Source: an uncultured Desulfosarcina sp. (GTDB taxonomy: Bacteria > Desulfobacterota > Desulfobacteria > Desulfobacterales > Desulfosarcinaceae). From it: DNA of 64,000 nt. The DNA lies in contig CAXXWQ010000004.1 in NCBI GenBank assembly GCA_963674945.2, positions 672,001 through 736,000 of the forward strand. The letters run 5' to 3'. How positions within the stretch are numbered: the stretch's first letter is position 1; each line of letters begins with the position of its first letter. The notes beneath the pieces are model-generated. The model did no database searches and was not told the origin of the DNA. It saw only the letters and a list, made by a program, of their open reading frames with translations. The position numbers and the translations under genes are program-made. Below are positions 55,656 to 64,000 of the stretch, one piece after another.

Positions 55656-58211
55656 ATGACAGCCACGGCAAAACAAGTTAAAACAAAGGAACCTCCGGTC
55701 ATAAAGGGTAAAATCAACATCGAGGCGATCAACAAAACAAACCCGTTACCCACCAGAATCAAGGCGATGCGGGATCGGTACCTGAAGGAAATTTCCAAGG
55801 TGTCCAGCGACAGGCCGTGGTACATGTATCAGTCATATCTGAAGACCGAGGGCGAGCATCCCGCAGTTCGCAGGGCCAAGGCGCTGGCCAATGTCTGGGA
55901 GAACAAGGCCATTGCGGTTCATGATCTCGATCTGATCATGGGCAACTTTACCGATGCCATCCGCGGTGCCCATCCGCCGCTGGAGTATTATCCTGAACAG
56001 ATGCGGCGTTTGCTGGAAGCAAACGAGGCGAACTGGACCAACTCCCAGCAGTGTCAGGCGGATCTCTCCAAAGAAGACTTCGAAAAAATCATGGAGGCCG
56101 CCAAGTACTGGGAGAACCACTGGCCCACCCCGGAGATGCGAGAGCGCTGGGACAAACTGATCGCCGTGATCGATCCGAATGACTATCAGAGAGACTTGCA
56201 GTACACCGGGGTCAACTGGGCCCCCGAGTACCTCCCAAGAGAGAAGCGAGTCAAAAAGACGCCTCTGGTACCGCGCCCGCAGGCCACCGGCGCAGATTTC
56301 GAGAAGGCACTGAAGGTCGGTTACAAGACCTTGATCAAAAATGCCAACGATCATATCGACAGGATACAGGGAATCGCCAGAGGACGGGATTTCACCGATG
56401 ATGAAAAAGAAAAGCTGGCGGTCCTGGAGGCGATGGTCATTGCTCTGAAGGCGGTGATTCGCTATGCGAATCGCTATGCTGCCATGGCGGAGGAGAAGGC
56501 AGCAACAGAGAAGGATCCGCAGAGAAAGGCGGAACTTCTGAAGGCGGCGGAGGCTTGCCGTTGGGTGCCGGAAAATCCCCCCAGGACCTTCTTTGAAGCA
56601 GTGCACTCCTTCTGGTTCACGGCAATGGGTGTTTATATGGACAAGTGCCAGCCCAACGTATTTGCAGGTCGATTCGACCAGTACATGTATCCGTACTATG
56701 AGGCCGACATCAACGAAGGCCGCATGACCCGCCAGGAGGCCGTGGAGCTTTTCGGTTGCCTGATCATGAAGCTATGTGCACTCGAACCCTATATGACCCC
56801 GGAGCACCGGGCCGTCTCCCAGGGCACCAATTATGAAAACATCACCATCGGTGGCTGCGATATCCATGGCAAAGATGCCTCCAATGAGCTGTCTTGCATC
56901 GTTCTGCATGTAGCCGCAGAAACCAAGACGCATCAGCCCTATATTTCGCTGCGCTACGATCGTCAGATAGCTCCCGAGTTAATGGAGAAGGCACTCGAGT
57001 GCAACCGTAAGCACGGGGCAGGGATTCCCGCCTTTTTCGGCGATCGTGTGAACATCGAGTATATGCTGAGCCGGGGCCATACCCTGGAACATGCCCGGGA
57101 TCATGCCATTGCCGGATGTGTGAACTGCGTGTACCCGAAGTGCTTCGCCTGGATACGCATGCCCATCACCACAAACAACGAAGCCAAGATGCTGGAGGTA
57201 TTCCTTCACAGAGGCCTCGATCCCCGCACGGGTATCCAGATCGGAAATGACTATGGCGATCCGGGGGACATGACGTTTGATGAACTGGTGGAAAATTATA
57301 AAAAAGAGGTTGCCTACTTCATCAATTGGCAGATTACCCAGTCAGATGCCTGGGACAGGGCCGTGAATTTCACTACGCACGATGCATGGTTCTTTCCCTT
57401 CGTATCTGCCAATATGGAAGGTTGCATCGAAAGCGGCAAGGATATCAGCAGACTGGGTGGCGTGACGGCCATAGACGATGCCAATTACGGCCTCGACCGT
57501 TTCATCCAGGATGCGGCGGATTCGCTCATGGCCATTAAAAAGCTTGTCTATGAGCAGAAAAAGTACACCATGGACGACTTTCTTAAGGCGATGGATGCCA
57601 ACTGGGAAGGATACGATCAAATGCGCGCCGACGCCTTGACGCAACCGAAATACGGAAATGATGACGACGAGGCGGATGCATTGGTAGCCGACCTCTGGTC
57701 CTTTATCACCGATGTCAATATGGCGAGGAAGGATATGTTCGGCAGGCATTACACCGTCTACCGTCAGGGTTCATCCGTGGCAGCGTCCGCCGGCAAATGG
57801 ACAGGGGCACTTCCCAACGGCCGCAAGGCAGGCGAATGGCTCTCGGACGCTTCGCTGTCCCCGGTGCAGCAGGCGGATCAGAAGGGGCCCACGGCCGTCA
57901 TCAACTCGGTGACCAAGCTCGATTTCAGGCATATGGATGGCACGCTCTTGAACATGAAGCTCTGCCCGAGCCTGGTGGACAAACCCGGTGGAATGTTGAA
58001 ATTCAGACAGCTGGTGGAAACATACTTCGACAAGGGCGGCCAGGAAATTCAGTTCAATATCCTGGATAAGGATACGCTGCTGGATGCCCAGAAAAAGCCC
58101 GAGAATTATCGCGATCTGGTGGTACGGGTTGCCGGTTACAGTGCATTCTGGGTGGATCTGGAAACCCAGGTGCAAGATGAGATCATCAGACGAACCGAGC
58201 ACGCAATGTAA
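55656..58211 (+). CDS. Glycyl radical enzyme (non-PFL, function unknown)
   Basis: GRFDQY, KYGNDD, PNGRKAG, C-terminal LVVRVAGYS; Cys loop AGCVNC. Start ATG 55656 follows GGGAGGA (851 aa). Confidence 0.93.
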   Translation: MTATAKQVKTKEPPVIKGKINIEAINKTNPLPTRIKAMRDRYLKEISKVSSDRPWYMYQSYLKTEGEHPAVRRAKALANVWENKAIAVHDLDLIMGNFTDAIRGAHPPLEYYPEQMRRLLEANEANWTNSQQCQADLSKEDFEKIMEAAKYWENHWPTPEMRERWDKLIAVIDPNDYQRDLQYTGVNWAPEYLPREKRVKKTPLVPRPQATGADFEKALKVGYKTLIKNANDHIDRIQGIARGRDFTDDEKEKLAVLEAMVIALKAVIRYANRYAAMAEEKAATEKDPQRKAELLKAAEACRWVPENPPRTFFEAVHSFWFTAMGVYMDKCQPNVFAGRFDQYMYPYYEADINEGRMTRQEAVELFGCLIMKLCALEPYMTPEHRAVSQGTNYENITIGGCDIHGKDASNELSCIVLHVAAETKTHQPYISLRYDRQIAPELMEKALECNRKHGAGIPAFFGDRVNIEYMLSRGHTLEHARDHAIAGCVNCVYPKCFAWIRMPITTNNEAKMLEVFLHRGLDPRTGIQIGNDYGDPGDMTFDELVENYKKEVAYFINWQITQSDAWDRAVNFTTHDAWFFPFVSANMEGCIESGKDISRLGGVTAIDDANYGLDRFIQDAADSLMAIKKLVYEQKKYTMDDFLKAMDANWEGYDQMRADALTQPKYGNDDDEADALVADLWSFITDVNMARKDMFGRHYTVYRQGSSVAASAGKWTGALPNGRKAGEWLSDASLSPVQQADQKGPTAVINSVTKLDFRHMDGTLLNMKLCPSLVDKPGGMLKFRQLVETYFDKGGQEIQFNILDKDTLLDAQKKPENYRDLVVRVAGYSAFWVDLETQVQDEIIRRTEHAM

Positions 58212-58267
58212 AAAGGTATATCAGTGTTACCGGTGACCTTCACAATAACCGATCCGTTATCGTCTCT

Positions 58268-58302
58268 GCGGGCCGCCGCAATGTCTTTTGGGTGCGGCCC
58301 GC
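58268..58302 (+). other. GC-rich hairpin after the GRE gene
   Basis: GCGGGCCGC...GCGGCCCGC stem; no U-tract. Confidence 0.45.
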
Positions 58303-58397
58303 CATTGTTAAGGCAACGACAACATCAAACAGAAGAAGAACGAGTAACAAGGAGAAAAAACGATTGTTGCGAATAAAAATATAAAAGGAGAAATGCG

Positions 58398-59060
58398 TTG
58401 AAAGTAATGGCATTTAACGGCAGTCCACGCATGAAAGGATGGAATACGGTCACACTCTTGGAAAAGGCTTTGGAGGGAGCTGCGTCCACAGGTGCAAAGA
58501 CTGAACTTGTTCAGCTTTATGATCTGAATTTTTCTGGCTGTATCAGCTGCTTTTCATGCAAAAAAAGCGACCGGAAGGAGGACGGGGTTTGTGCAGTAAA
58601 GGACGATCTGACGCCCGTACTCCAACGGATCAAAGATGCCGATGCGCTGATTATCGGCACACCTTTGTATTACCTCACCGAATCAGCCGGAACGCGAGCG
58701 TTTTTTGAACGTCTCTGTTTCCCTTATTTACAATATACAAAAGACATGCGGTCTCTTTTTCCAAAACGCATCAATACAGCCTTGATTTACACAATGAACA
58801 TGAGTGAAGAAATGATCGAGGTGGTTGGGCTTAACCAGCGGCTATCCATGAACCAGACCCTCCTTTCCATGCATTTCGGAACATGCGAGTTGCTTCTCTC
58901 CACAGATACGCTTCAATTCAGCGACTATGACAAATACGAATCGGAAATGTTTGACAAAGAGGCCAAAACCAGACGCCATGAGGAAGTCTTCCCAGATGAC
59001 TGCCAGCGTGCTTTTGAATTGGGTGTCCGCATGGTCACCAATAAGGGTGGGGAGTCGTAG
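58398..59060 (+). CDS. Flavodoxin-like / iron-sulfur flavoprotein
   Basis: NGSPR..WNT, GCISCFSC...C.VKDDL. Confidence 0.88.
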   Translation: MKVMAFNGSPRMKGWNTVTLLEKALEGAASTGAKTELVQLYDLNFSGCISCFSCKKSDRKEDGVCAVKDDLTPVLQRIKDADALIIGTPLYYLTESAGTRAFFERLCFPYLQYTKDMRSLFPKRINTALIYTMNMSEEMIEVVGLNQRLSMNQTLLSMHFGTCELLLSTDTLQFSDYDKYESEMFDKEAKTRRHEEVFPDDCQRAFELGVRMVTNKGGES

Positions 59061-59098
59061 GCCATGGCACCTCGACCAGTTAACCAATATGTGGTGTA

Positions 59099-60034
59099 AT
59101 GATGAGCAATGAAGAAGATAGTGGCAATTTGAGGGGACGAATTTTCAACATCCAGCGCTACAGCACCGAGGACGGACCCGGCATCCGCTCGACCGTCTTT
59201 TTGAAGGGATGCCCGCTGACCTGTCTCTGGTGCGCCAACCCGGAATCGCAAAAGAGTTATCCCCAAGTCGGACACCGCGACGCGCTTTGCAAACAGTGCG
59301 GCAATTGTATGGCGGCCTGCACAGAAAAGGCGATTTCCTTTAACCCCGATGGAAAGGGAATCGTCATCGATCGAAATCTTTGCAATAACTGCGGCGAATG
59401 CACCAGAGTCTGCACCGAAGGCGCGTTGACCATGCATGGCAAGGATTATACACTGGAAGAGGTCTTCGAGGAGGTGAAACGGGATGAAATGTTCTACCGC
59501 AATACCGGCGGGGGGGTCACCTGTTCCGGCGGAGAGCCTCTGGCGCAACCCGCTTTCGTGGCGGCGCTTTTCGAAAGATGCCGGCAGGTTGGAATCCCCA
59601 CGGCACTGGATACGACCGGTCACGCATCCCGTTCGGCACTGGAGCAGGTCCTGGCCTATACGGATTTGTTTTTATTCGATTTGAAGTGCATGGACAGCGC
59701 CGACAGCCTTGCGTCCGTAGGGCAGTCCAACGAGCTCATGCTTGAAAATGCCGAACATGTGATGCAAAGCGGTGTTCCCATCATCATTCGGGTCCCGCTG
59801 ATCCCCGGAATCACGGAAAAAACGGAAAATCTTCAGAAAATCGCCGCGTTCGTCAAGCGGGTGAATCCGGAAACGCCCATCAACGTGCTGCCCTATCATC
59901 GTCTTGGCGTAAGCAAGTTCCGCATGATGGACATGACGTATAAACTGGACGACCTGGGGCCGATTCCACAAGAACGTCTGGATCAGATTGCCGAGATATT
60001 CGACTCCCATGGTCTGGTGTGCGAAATCGTATAG
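59099..60034 (+). CDS. Glycyl-radical activating enzyme with a 2[4Fe-4S] insertion
   Basis: DGPGIR..VFLKGCPLTCLWCANPESQ, two CxxCxxC...C motifs, SGGEP, LPYH. Confidence 0.95.
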   Translation: MMSNEEDSGNLRGRIFNIQRYSTEDGPGIRSTVFLKGCPLTCLWCANPESQKSYPQVGHRDALCKQCGNCMAACTEKAISFNPDGKGIVIDRNLCNNCGECTRVCTEGALTMHGKDYTLEEVFEEVKRDEMFYRNTGGGVTCSGGEPLAQPAFVAALFERCRQVGIPTALDTTGHASRSALEQVLAYTDLFLFDLKCMDSADSLASVGQSNELMLENAEHVMQSGVPIIIRVPLIPGITEKTENLQKIAAFVKRVNPETPINVLPYHRLGVSKFRMMDMTYKLDDLGPIPQERLDQIAEIFDSHGLVCEIV

Positions 60035-60079
60035 TATGGTAAAGGATTAGAAAAACACAGAAAAAACAGGAGACAGCTG

Positions 60080-60772
60080 ATGCCCGAGAGAGTATTTACA
60101 GATCAGGAACTGAAGGAGATGGGAACCTTGACCCTCGACCTCCTGAAACAGGCCATTGAATCCGGAGACAAGGAAAAAGCCAAGGCCCTGGCAGACCGAA
60201 TGTATCAGGAGAGCCTCCAGATGCATGATATGTATGTGGACTGGGCGGCCGGATTCATGGATTGGATCTACCGAAACTGCGGGGACGACGCCCTTCTCGA
60301 AGCGGAAAAGAGGGTTTTCGGCGATTTTATGGGCCTTGCGAGCCTGCCCGATATGCGTGATATCGACTTTAAACTCAGAGCGTTGGGAACGGTTAATTCG
60401 CTCAGAGGCCACCAACAACCCTTAAGGATCGAAGAAGATGACGAGAAGCTGAGCATTACCATGGTGCCCTGCGGCAGCGGCGAACGATTATACCAGAAAG
60501 GTCGTTTCGGGCCGCCGTGCAACCTGTCTCTGATTAACAAGGCGCAGCCCTTGACCGGCGGCAAGACGGACTATCCGGTGTATTGCACCCATGAGCCGGT
60601 TCTCGAACTGATCGCCATTGAGAACCTTGGCTACCCCATCACCGTCTGTTTTCCTTGTGAGAACGTGGCCAGAGAAGAGGGAGGCTGCACCTTCTGCGTC
60701 TATAAGGACTTCAAGAATATTCCCGAAAAAGTGTGGACCAGAGTGGGGAAAGAAAAGCCCAAAGATCTCTAA
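60080..60772 (+). CDS. Hypothetical Cys/His-containing protein
   Basis: RBS AGGAG; 230 aa with HD, PCGSG, YCTH and C..C motifs. Confidence 0.75.
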   Translation: MPERVFTDQELKEMGTLTLDLLKQAIESGDKEKAKALADRMYQESLQMHDMYVDWAAGFMDWIYRNCGDDALLEAEKRVFGDFMGLASLPDMRDIDFKLRALGTVNSLRGHQQPLRIEEDDEKLSITMVPCGSGERLYQKGRFGPPCNLSLINKAQPLTGGKTDYPVYCTHEPVLELIAIENLGYPITVCFPCENVAREEGGCTFCVYKDFKNIPEKVWTRVGKEKPKDL

Positions 60773-60984
60773 GACTCTTAAAAAGCCGAGCATCAGTACC
60801 CGGGAAATTGTATTGTTGGCAAAAATGCCCTTGGAAACGAAATCGTTTCCATAAAAGTATCGGCTGCGCCGATGCTCGGCCTCCTTTAAAAAAATTCGCA
60901 AGGCGTCATCGAATTGTTCTGTTTGCAGAAAAACGAATCCCGGAAGTTGCCTATGGATGAACAGTTTTCTTAGAAGGGAAAAAA

Positions 60985-61197
60985 ATGTCGCATATTGAAA
61001 AAAGCATCACGGAAGACATGATTCAAAGAGTGCAAAAAGCGCGAAATGTGAGTCGCGGGCAAGCAAAATGGATCATCGAATCACATGTGGAAACCCCGGA
61101 TGGGGTGCAATGTTGCAGCATACCGTACCAAGTCCAGAATCACGAATCAGTATCACTCGATGAAATCGTCGACCAAATTTGCAAAGAAGCAAAATAA
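60985..61197 (+). CDS. Small hypothetical protein (70 aa)
   Basis: AAGGG RBS; contains CC and a further Cys. Confidence 0.55.
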   Translation: MSHIEKSITEDMIQRVQKARNVSRGQAKWIIESHVETPDGVQCCSIPYQVQNHESVSLDEIVDQICKEAK

Positions 61198-61258
61198 AAA
61201 TCATCTCTGTGAAAATCGAATCGCAGCTCTTTTGTTTGTGGAAGAGAGACGGTAACGA

Positions 61259-62245
61259 TCAATAAATTTCGCTGGGTGAGTTACCGTCCCACGGACTCCT
61301 GATAACTTCGAGGTAAATCATCGTCTCAGTCTTGACGATACCCGGTATATTTCCAAGACCATCCCTAAGAAAATCCGAAAGCGCCAGAATTTCTGAAAAG
61401 TGTACACCGAGAAGAATGTCATAGTGCCCCAGGATTATGGTAACGAAATGCACGGAATTGAATGACGCCAGTTTATTCGCTACATCGTCAACCGCACCGG
61501 GAACGACCTTGATGCCGATCATTGCCGTCATTTCATACCCGAGGGATCCGGGTTCGGTAACGGCGATGATCTCTGTAATTCCTTCGGAAAGAAGCCGCTG
61601 TAATCTCTTTGCGGCGCTTACCCTGCTGACACCCAGTTTTTTTGCCAGTTCTACCACCGGCATCCTGCCGTCCTTCTGAAGTTCTTCAATAATTGTCATA
61701 TCCAGCTCATCCGGAACGTATCTCTTCATTGCTGATTTCTTTTGATGCGCTGGTTTGTATTTTTGCGGGGTGGCCGCGCTTATGGGATATGACAATACGT
61801 TCTTAATCGTCTCCATGTGAATCAAGGTTTCATTGCCGGTGATTCCGGGAATTTTTCCGATTTCATGCCGAAGAAAGGCGGAGAGTGCGTCAAGGCCTCT
61901 AAAAAAAGCCCAGGTCACGATATCATAAGGGCCGGTGGCAAGAGCCACCGAACGGAAATTGGGAAATGATGCAAGTTTCTCAGCGACTTTATGGATATCG
62001 TGCTCTGAATTCACGGTAAAACCAACCGTCACGCTGAGGTTTTGCTTTGAAAGCGGCAGGGCCGGCACGGCGACGACTTTAATGATGCGCTCGTCGATGA
62101 TTCTTTTCAGTCTGGCGCTGGCCGCACGCTGACTGATGCCGGTCTTGGTTGCCAGATGAACAACAGGCATTCGGCCGTCTCTGGCCAGTTCCTGAATCAT
62201 CGTCAGATCGATCTTATCAAGCTCAAAATTTGCGTGTTGCCGCAT
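61259..62245 (-). CDS. Tandem (two-unit) Lrp/AsnC-family regulator
   Basis: Two repeats of D..D..II.EL..DGRMPVV.LA...G...RL.R plus an AsnC C-terminal domain (G.YDI). Start ATG 62245 follows CAGGAG. Confidence 0.88.
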   Translation of the reverse strand: MRQHANFELDKIDLTMIQELARDGRMPVVHLATKTGISQRAASARLKRIIDERIIKVVAVPALPLSKQNLSVTVGFTVNSEHDIHKVAEKLASFPNFRSVALATGPYDIVTWAFFRGLDALSAFLRHEIGKIPGITGNETLIHMETIKNVLSYPISAATPQKYKPAHQKKSAMKRYVPDELDMTIIEELQKDGRMPVVELAKKLGVSRVSAAKRLQRLLSEGITEIIAVTEPGSLGYEMTAMIGIKVVPGAVDDVANKLASFNSVHFVTIILGHYDILLGVHFSEILALSDFLRDGLGNIPGIVKTETMIYLEVIRSPWDGNSPSEIY

Positions 62246-62611
62246 AGTCAGTCTCCTGTGCGATCCTGCTGAATCGGAACCAGCCATTTTCACGATTGAT
62301 GCTGCCCTGACCATCCTTTCACAACAGTTCTTGAACGGATGCCGAGATAAATTATAATATCAGTATATTAAAATAATTCAAATTTTTTCCTCCCAATCGA
62401 TTCAGAATTAATTGACAAATATGTTTATCTAATATACCTATTGGCATATTAAGTAAACACTCTACAAGGATATAATGAACATTTAGGATCATTAACCATA
62501 ATAAAATACAAATTTTATCAGTAACGACAGCGCCAAAAAAAAGATTTGCCGGATATATCAATGATTCAAAGATGATTTCTTACCATCATTACCAGCAAAG
62601 GAGTATACACA

Positions 62612-63376
62612 ATGTCACTGAAACTATTTGATTTGACGGGTAAGGTAGCGATGGTCACCGGCAGCACGCGGGGCTTGGGAGAGACCGCTGCCATGGCTTT
62701 GGCCAAAGCCGGCGCCGACGTGGCCGTATGCGGACGGAGTGTGGCGGATCTGAAAAGGGTTTCTTCCGCCATAAAGGCCTTGGGAAAGGATTCCGAAGGT
62801 TTTGTGCTGGATGTGACCGATAGTGAGAAAACCCGTGAAGGCGTGGAAAAAATCGTAGAACGGTTCGGGAAAGTGGATATTCTTTTCAACAATGCAGGCG
62901 TCAACCATCGCGTGCCCGTCCTCGAATATCCGGAAGAAGAGTGGGATCGCGTCATCAATACCAATTTAAAGGGGTATTACCTGGTTGCCCAGGCCGTGGT
63001 TCCCCAGATGATCGACCGCGGTTACGGAAAGGTCATCAACATGAGCTCGATTTTGGGGACGGTGGCGCTGCCCAACCAGCTTGCCTATGCCGCTTCCAAA
63101 GGCGGTGTAAATCAGATGACCAAGGTGATGGCGCTGGAATGGGCGCAAAAAGGAGTGTGTGTCAATGCCATCGGCCCCACTTATTTCGAGACGGAACTGG
63201 TGGCACAGCTGCGCAACGACCCGGAAAGGTTCAATTTCATCAACGAACGCACACCTGCAGGTCGCTGGGGGTATCCTCCCGAACTGGAGGGGATCGTTAT
63301 TTTCCTGGCATCAAAGGCCTCGGATTTCATTACCGGCCAGACAATCTATATCGACGGGGGATGGACGGCCTGGTAA
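62612..63376 (+). CDS. Short-chain dehydrogenase (gluconate 5-dehydrogenase / KduD-like)
   Basis: TGSTRGLG, NNAG, YAASK, DGGW. Confidence 0.92.
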   Translation: MSLKLFDLTGKVAMVTGSTRGLGETAAMALAKAGADVAVCGRSVADLKRVSSAIKALGKDSEGFVLDVTDSEKTREGVEKIVERFGKVDILFNNAGVNHRVPVLEYPEEEWDRVINTNLKGYYLVAQAVVPQMIDRGYGKVINMSSILGTVALPNQLAYAASKGGVNQMTKVMALEWAQKGVCVNAIGPTYFETELVAQLRNDPERFNFINERTPAGRWGYPPELEGIVIFLASKASDFITGQTIYIDGGWTAW

Positions 63377-63420
63377 TTTTACTCGACGTACTACCTTATT
63401 CCCCAACCAAGAGGAGAAAA

Positions 63421-64000
63421 ATGGAATCCATATACGAAAAAAGACCGTGGCTGAAAAATTATCCGCAAGATGTGCCACATGATATCGAGATACCTTCTTG
63501 CACCGCATTGGATGATTTTATGACATCTGCTTCTCGCAAGCCGGATGCGCCTGCGGTCTATTACTTTGATCACACGATTTCCTACGGCGCCATCGACCGG
63601 GCTTCGGACTGCCTTGCGGCTGCCTTTTCGGATTTCGGTCTCACCAGGGGAGACCGAATCTTGCTGATCATGCAAAACGTTCCCCAGTTTCTCGTGGCCA
63701 CCTATGCCGCCTGGAAGCTCGGGGCCATCGTGGTGCCGGTCAATCCCATGTACAAGGAAAAAGAACTGGATTACCTGGTACGCGATTCCGGGGCAAAAAT
63801 CGTGGTCACTCTCGATGAAATCGCAGCCAAACTTGACCTTTCCTTTACCAAAGACTCACCGGTTCAAAAGATTCTGACCACCTCGGCGACAAGCATGCTT
63901 CCCGCCGATGCCGAAATTCCTCCCGTGCTCGAAAATCTCAAAAAGTCCGGGTCGACCATGACGGTCGACATGGATGCGCTCATCGAAAGCAATGAGGGAC
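63421..64000 (+). CDS. Long-chain fatty acid-CoA ligase (AMP-binding family), 3'-partial
   Basis: RBS GAGGAG; reads MESIYEKRPWLKNYP...GDRILLIMQNVPQF...GAIVVPVNPMY and runs off the window. Confidence 0.9.
   Translation, partial: MESIYEKRPWLKNYPQDVPHDIEIPSCTALDDFMTSASRKPDAPAVYYFDHTISYGAIDRASDCLAAAFSDFGLTRGDRILLIMQNVPQFLVATYAAWKLGAIVVPVNPMYKEKELDYLVRDSGAKIVVTLDEIAAKLDLSFTKDSPVQKILTTSATSMLPADAEIPPVLENLKKSGSTMTVDMDALIESNEG

Noticed and set aside
55656..58211. Pyruvate formate-lyase or benzyl/alkylsuccinate synthase call for the GRE
   Set aside because: It lacks the PFL CC pair and the CMSP-type loop of fumarate-adding enzymes.

Overview
Gene-dense window from an anaerobic Gram-negative bacterium. 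The gene content looks Desulfobacterota-like, which is an inference. The core (about 6.0-35.3 kb) is two divergent operons around a MarR regulator. The minus-strand operon encodes URO-D/MtaA-fold methyltransferases, corrinoid proteins, an SCP2 protein, a lipoyl carrier (GcvH-like), an MtrH-family methyltransferase, a RACo-type corrinoid activator, dihydrolipoamide dehydrogenase, LipM/LplA and LipA. The plus-strand operon encodes two FAD-oxidoreductase/HdrD-like pairs, an LbpA-like lipoyl carrier, an OsmC protein and the LipS2/LipS1/ligase/LipT lipoate-assembly set. The main discovery is that the ORF track splits one methyltransferase (present in two copies) at an in-frame TGA. That TGA aligns with a Cys in both paralogues and is followed immediately by a SECIS-like hairpin, so the protein is probably a selenocysteine-containing MtaA-fold methyltransferase within an apparently lipoate-coupled corrinoid methyl-transfer system. 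A 3.39-kb block of this operon is duplicated with a unique 68-bp spacer. The rest of the window has FadL porins, a DUF1302/DUF1329/YCF48/RND uptake cluster, a sigma54-controlled RND efflux pump, an atypical glycyl radical enzyme (GCVNC loop) with its activase, a tandem Lrp regulator, an SDR and the start of an acyl-CoA ligase. No rRNA, tRNA or CRISPR array was recognised. All calls come from reading motifs by eye; no searches were run.
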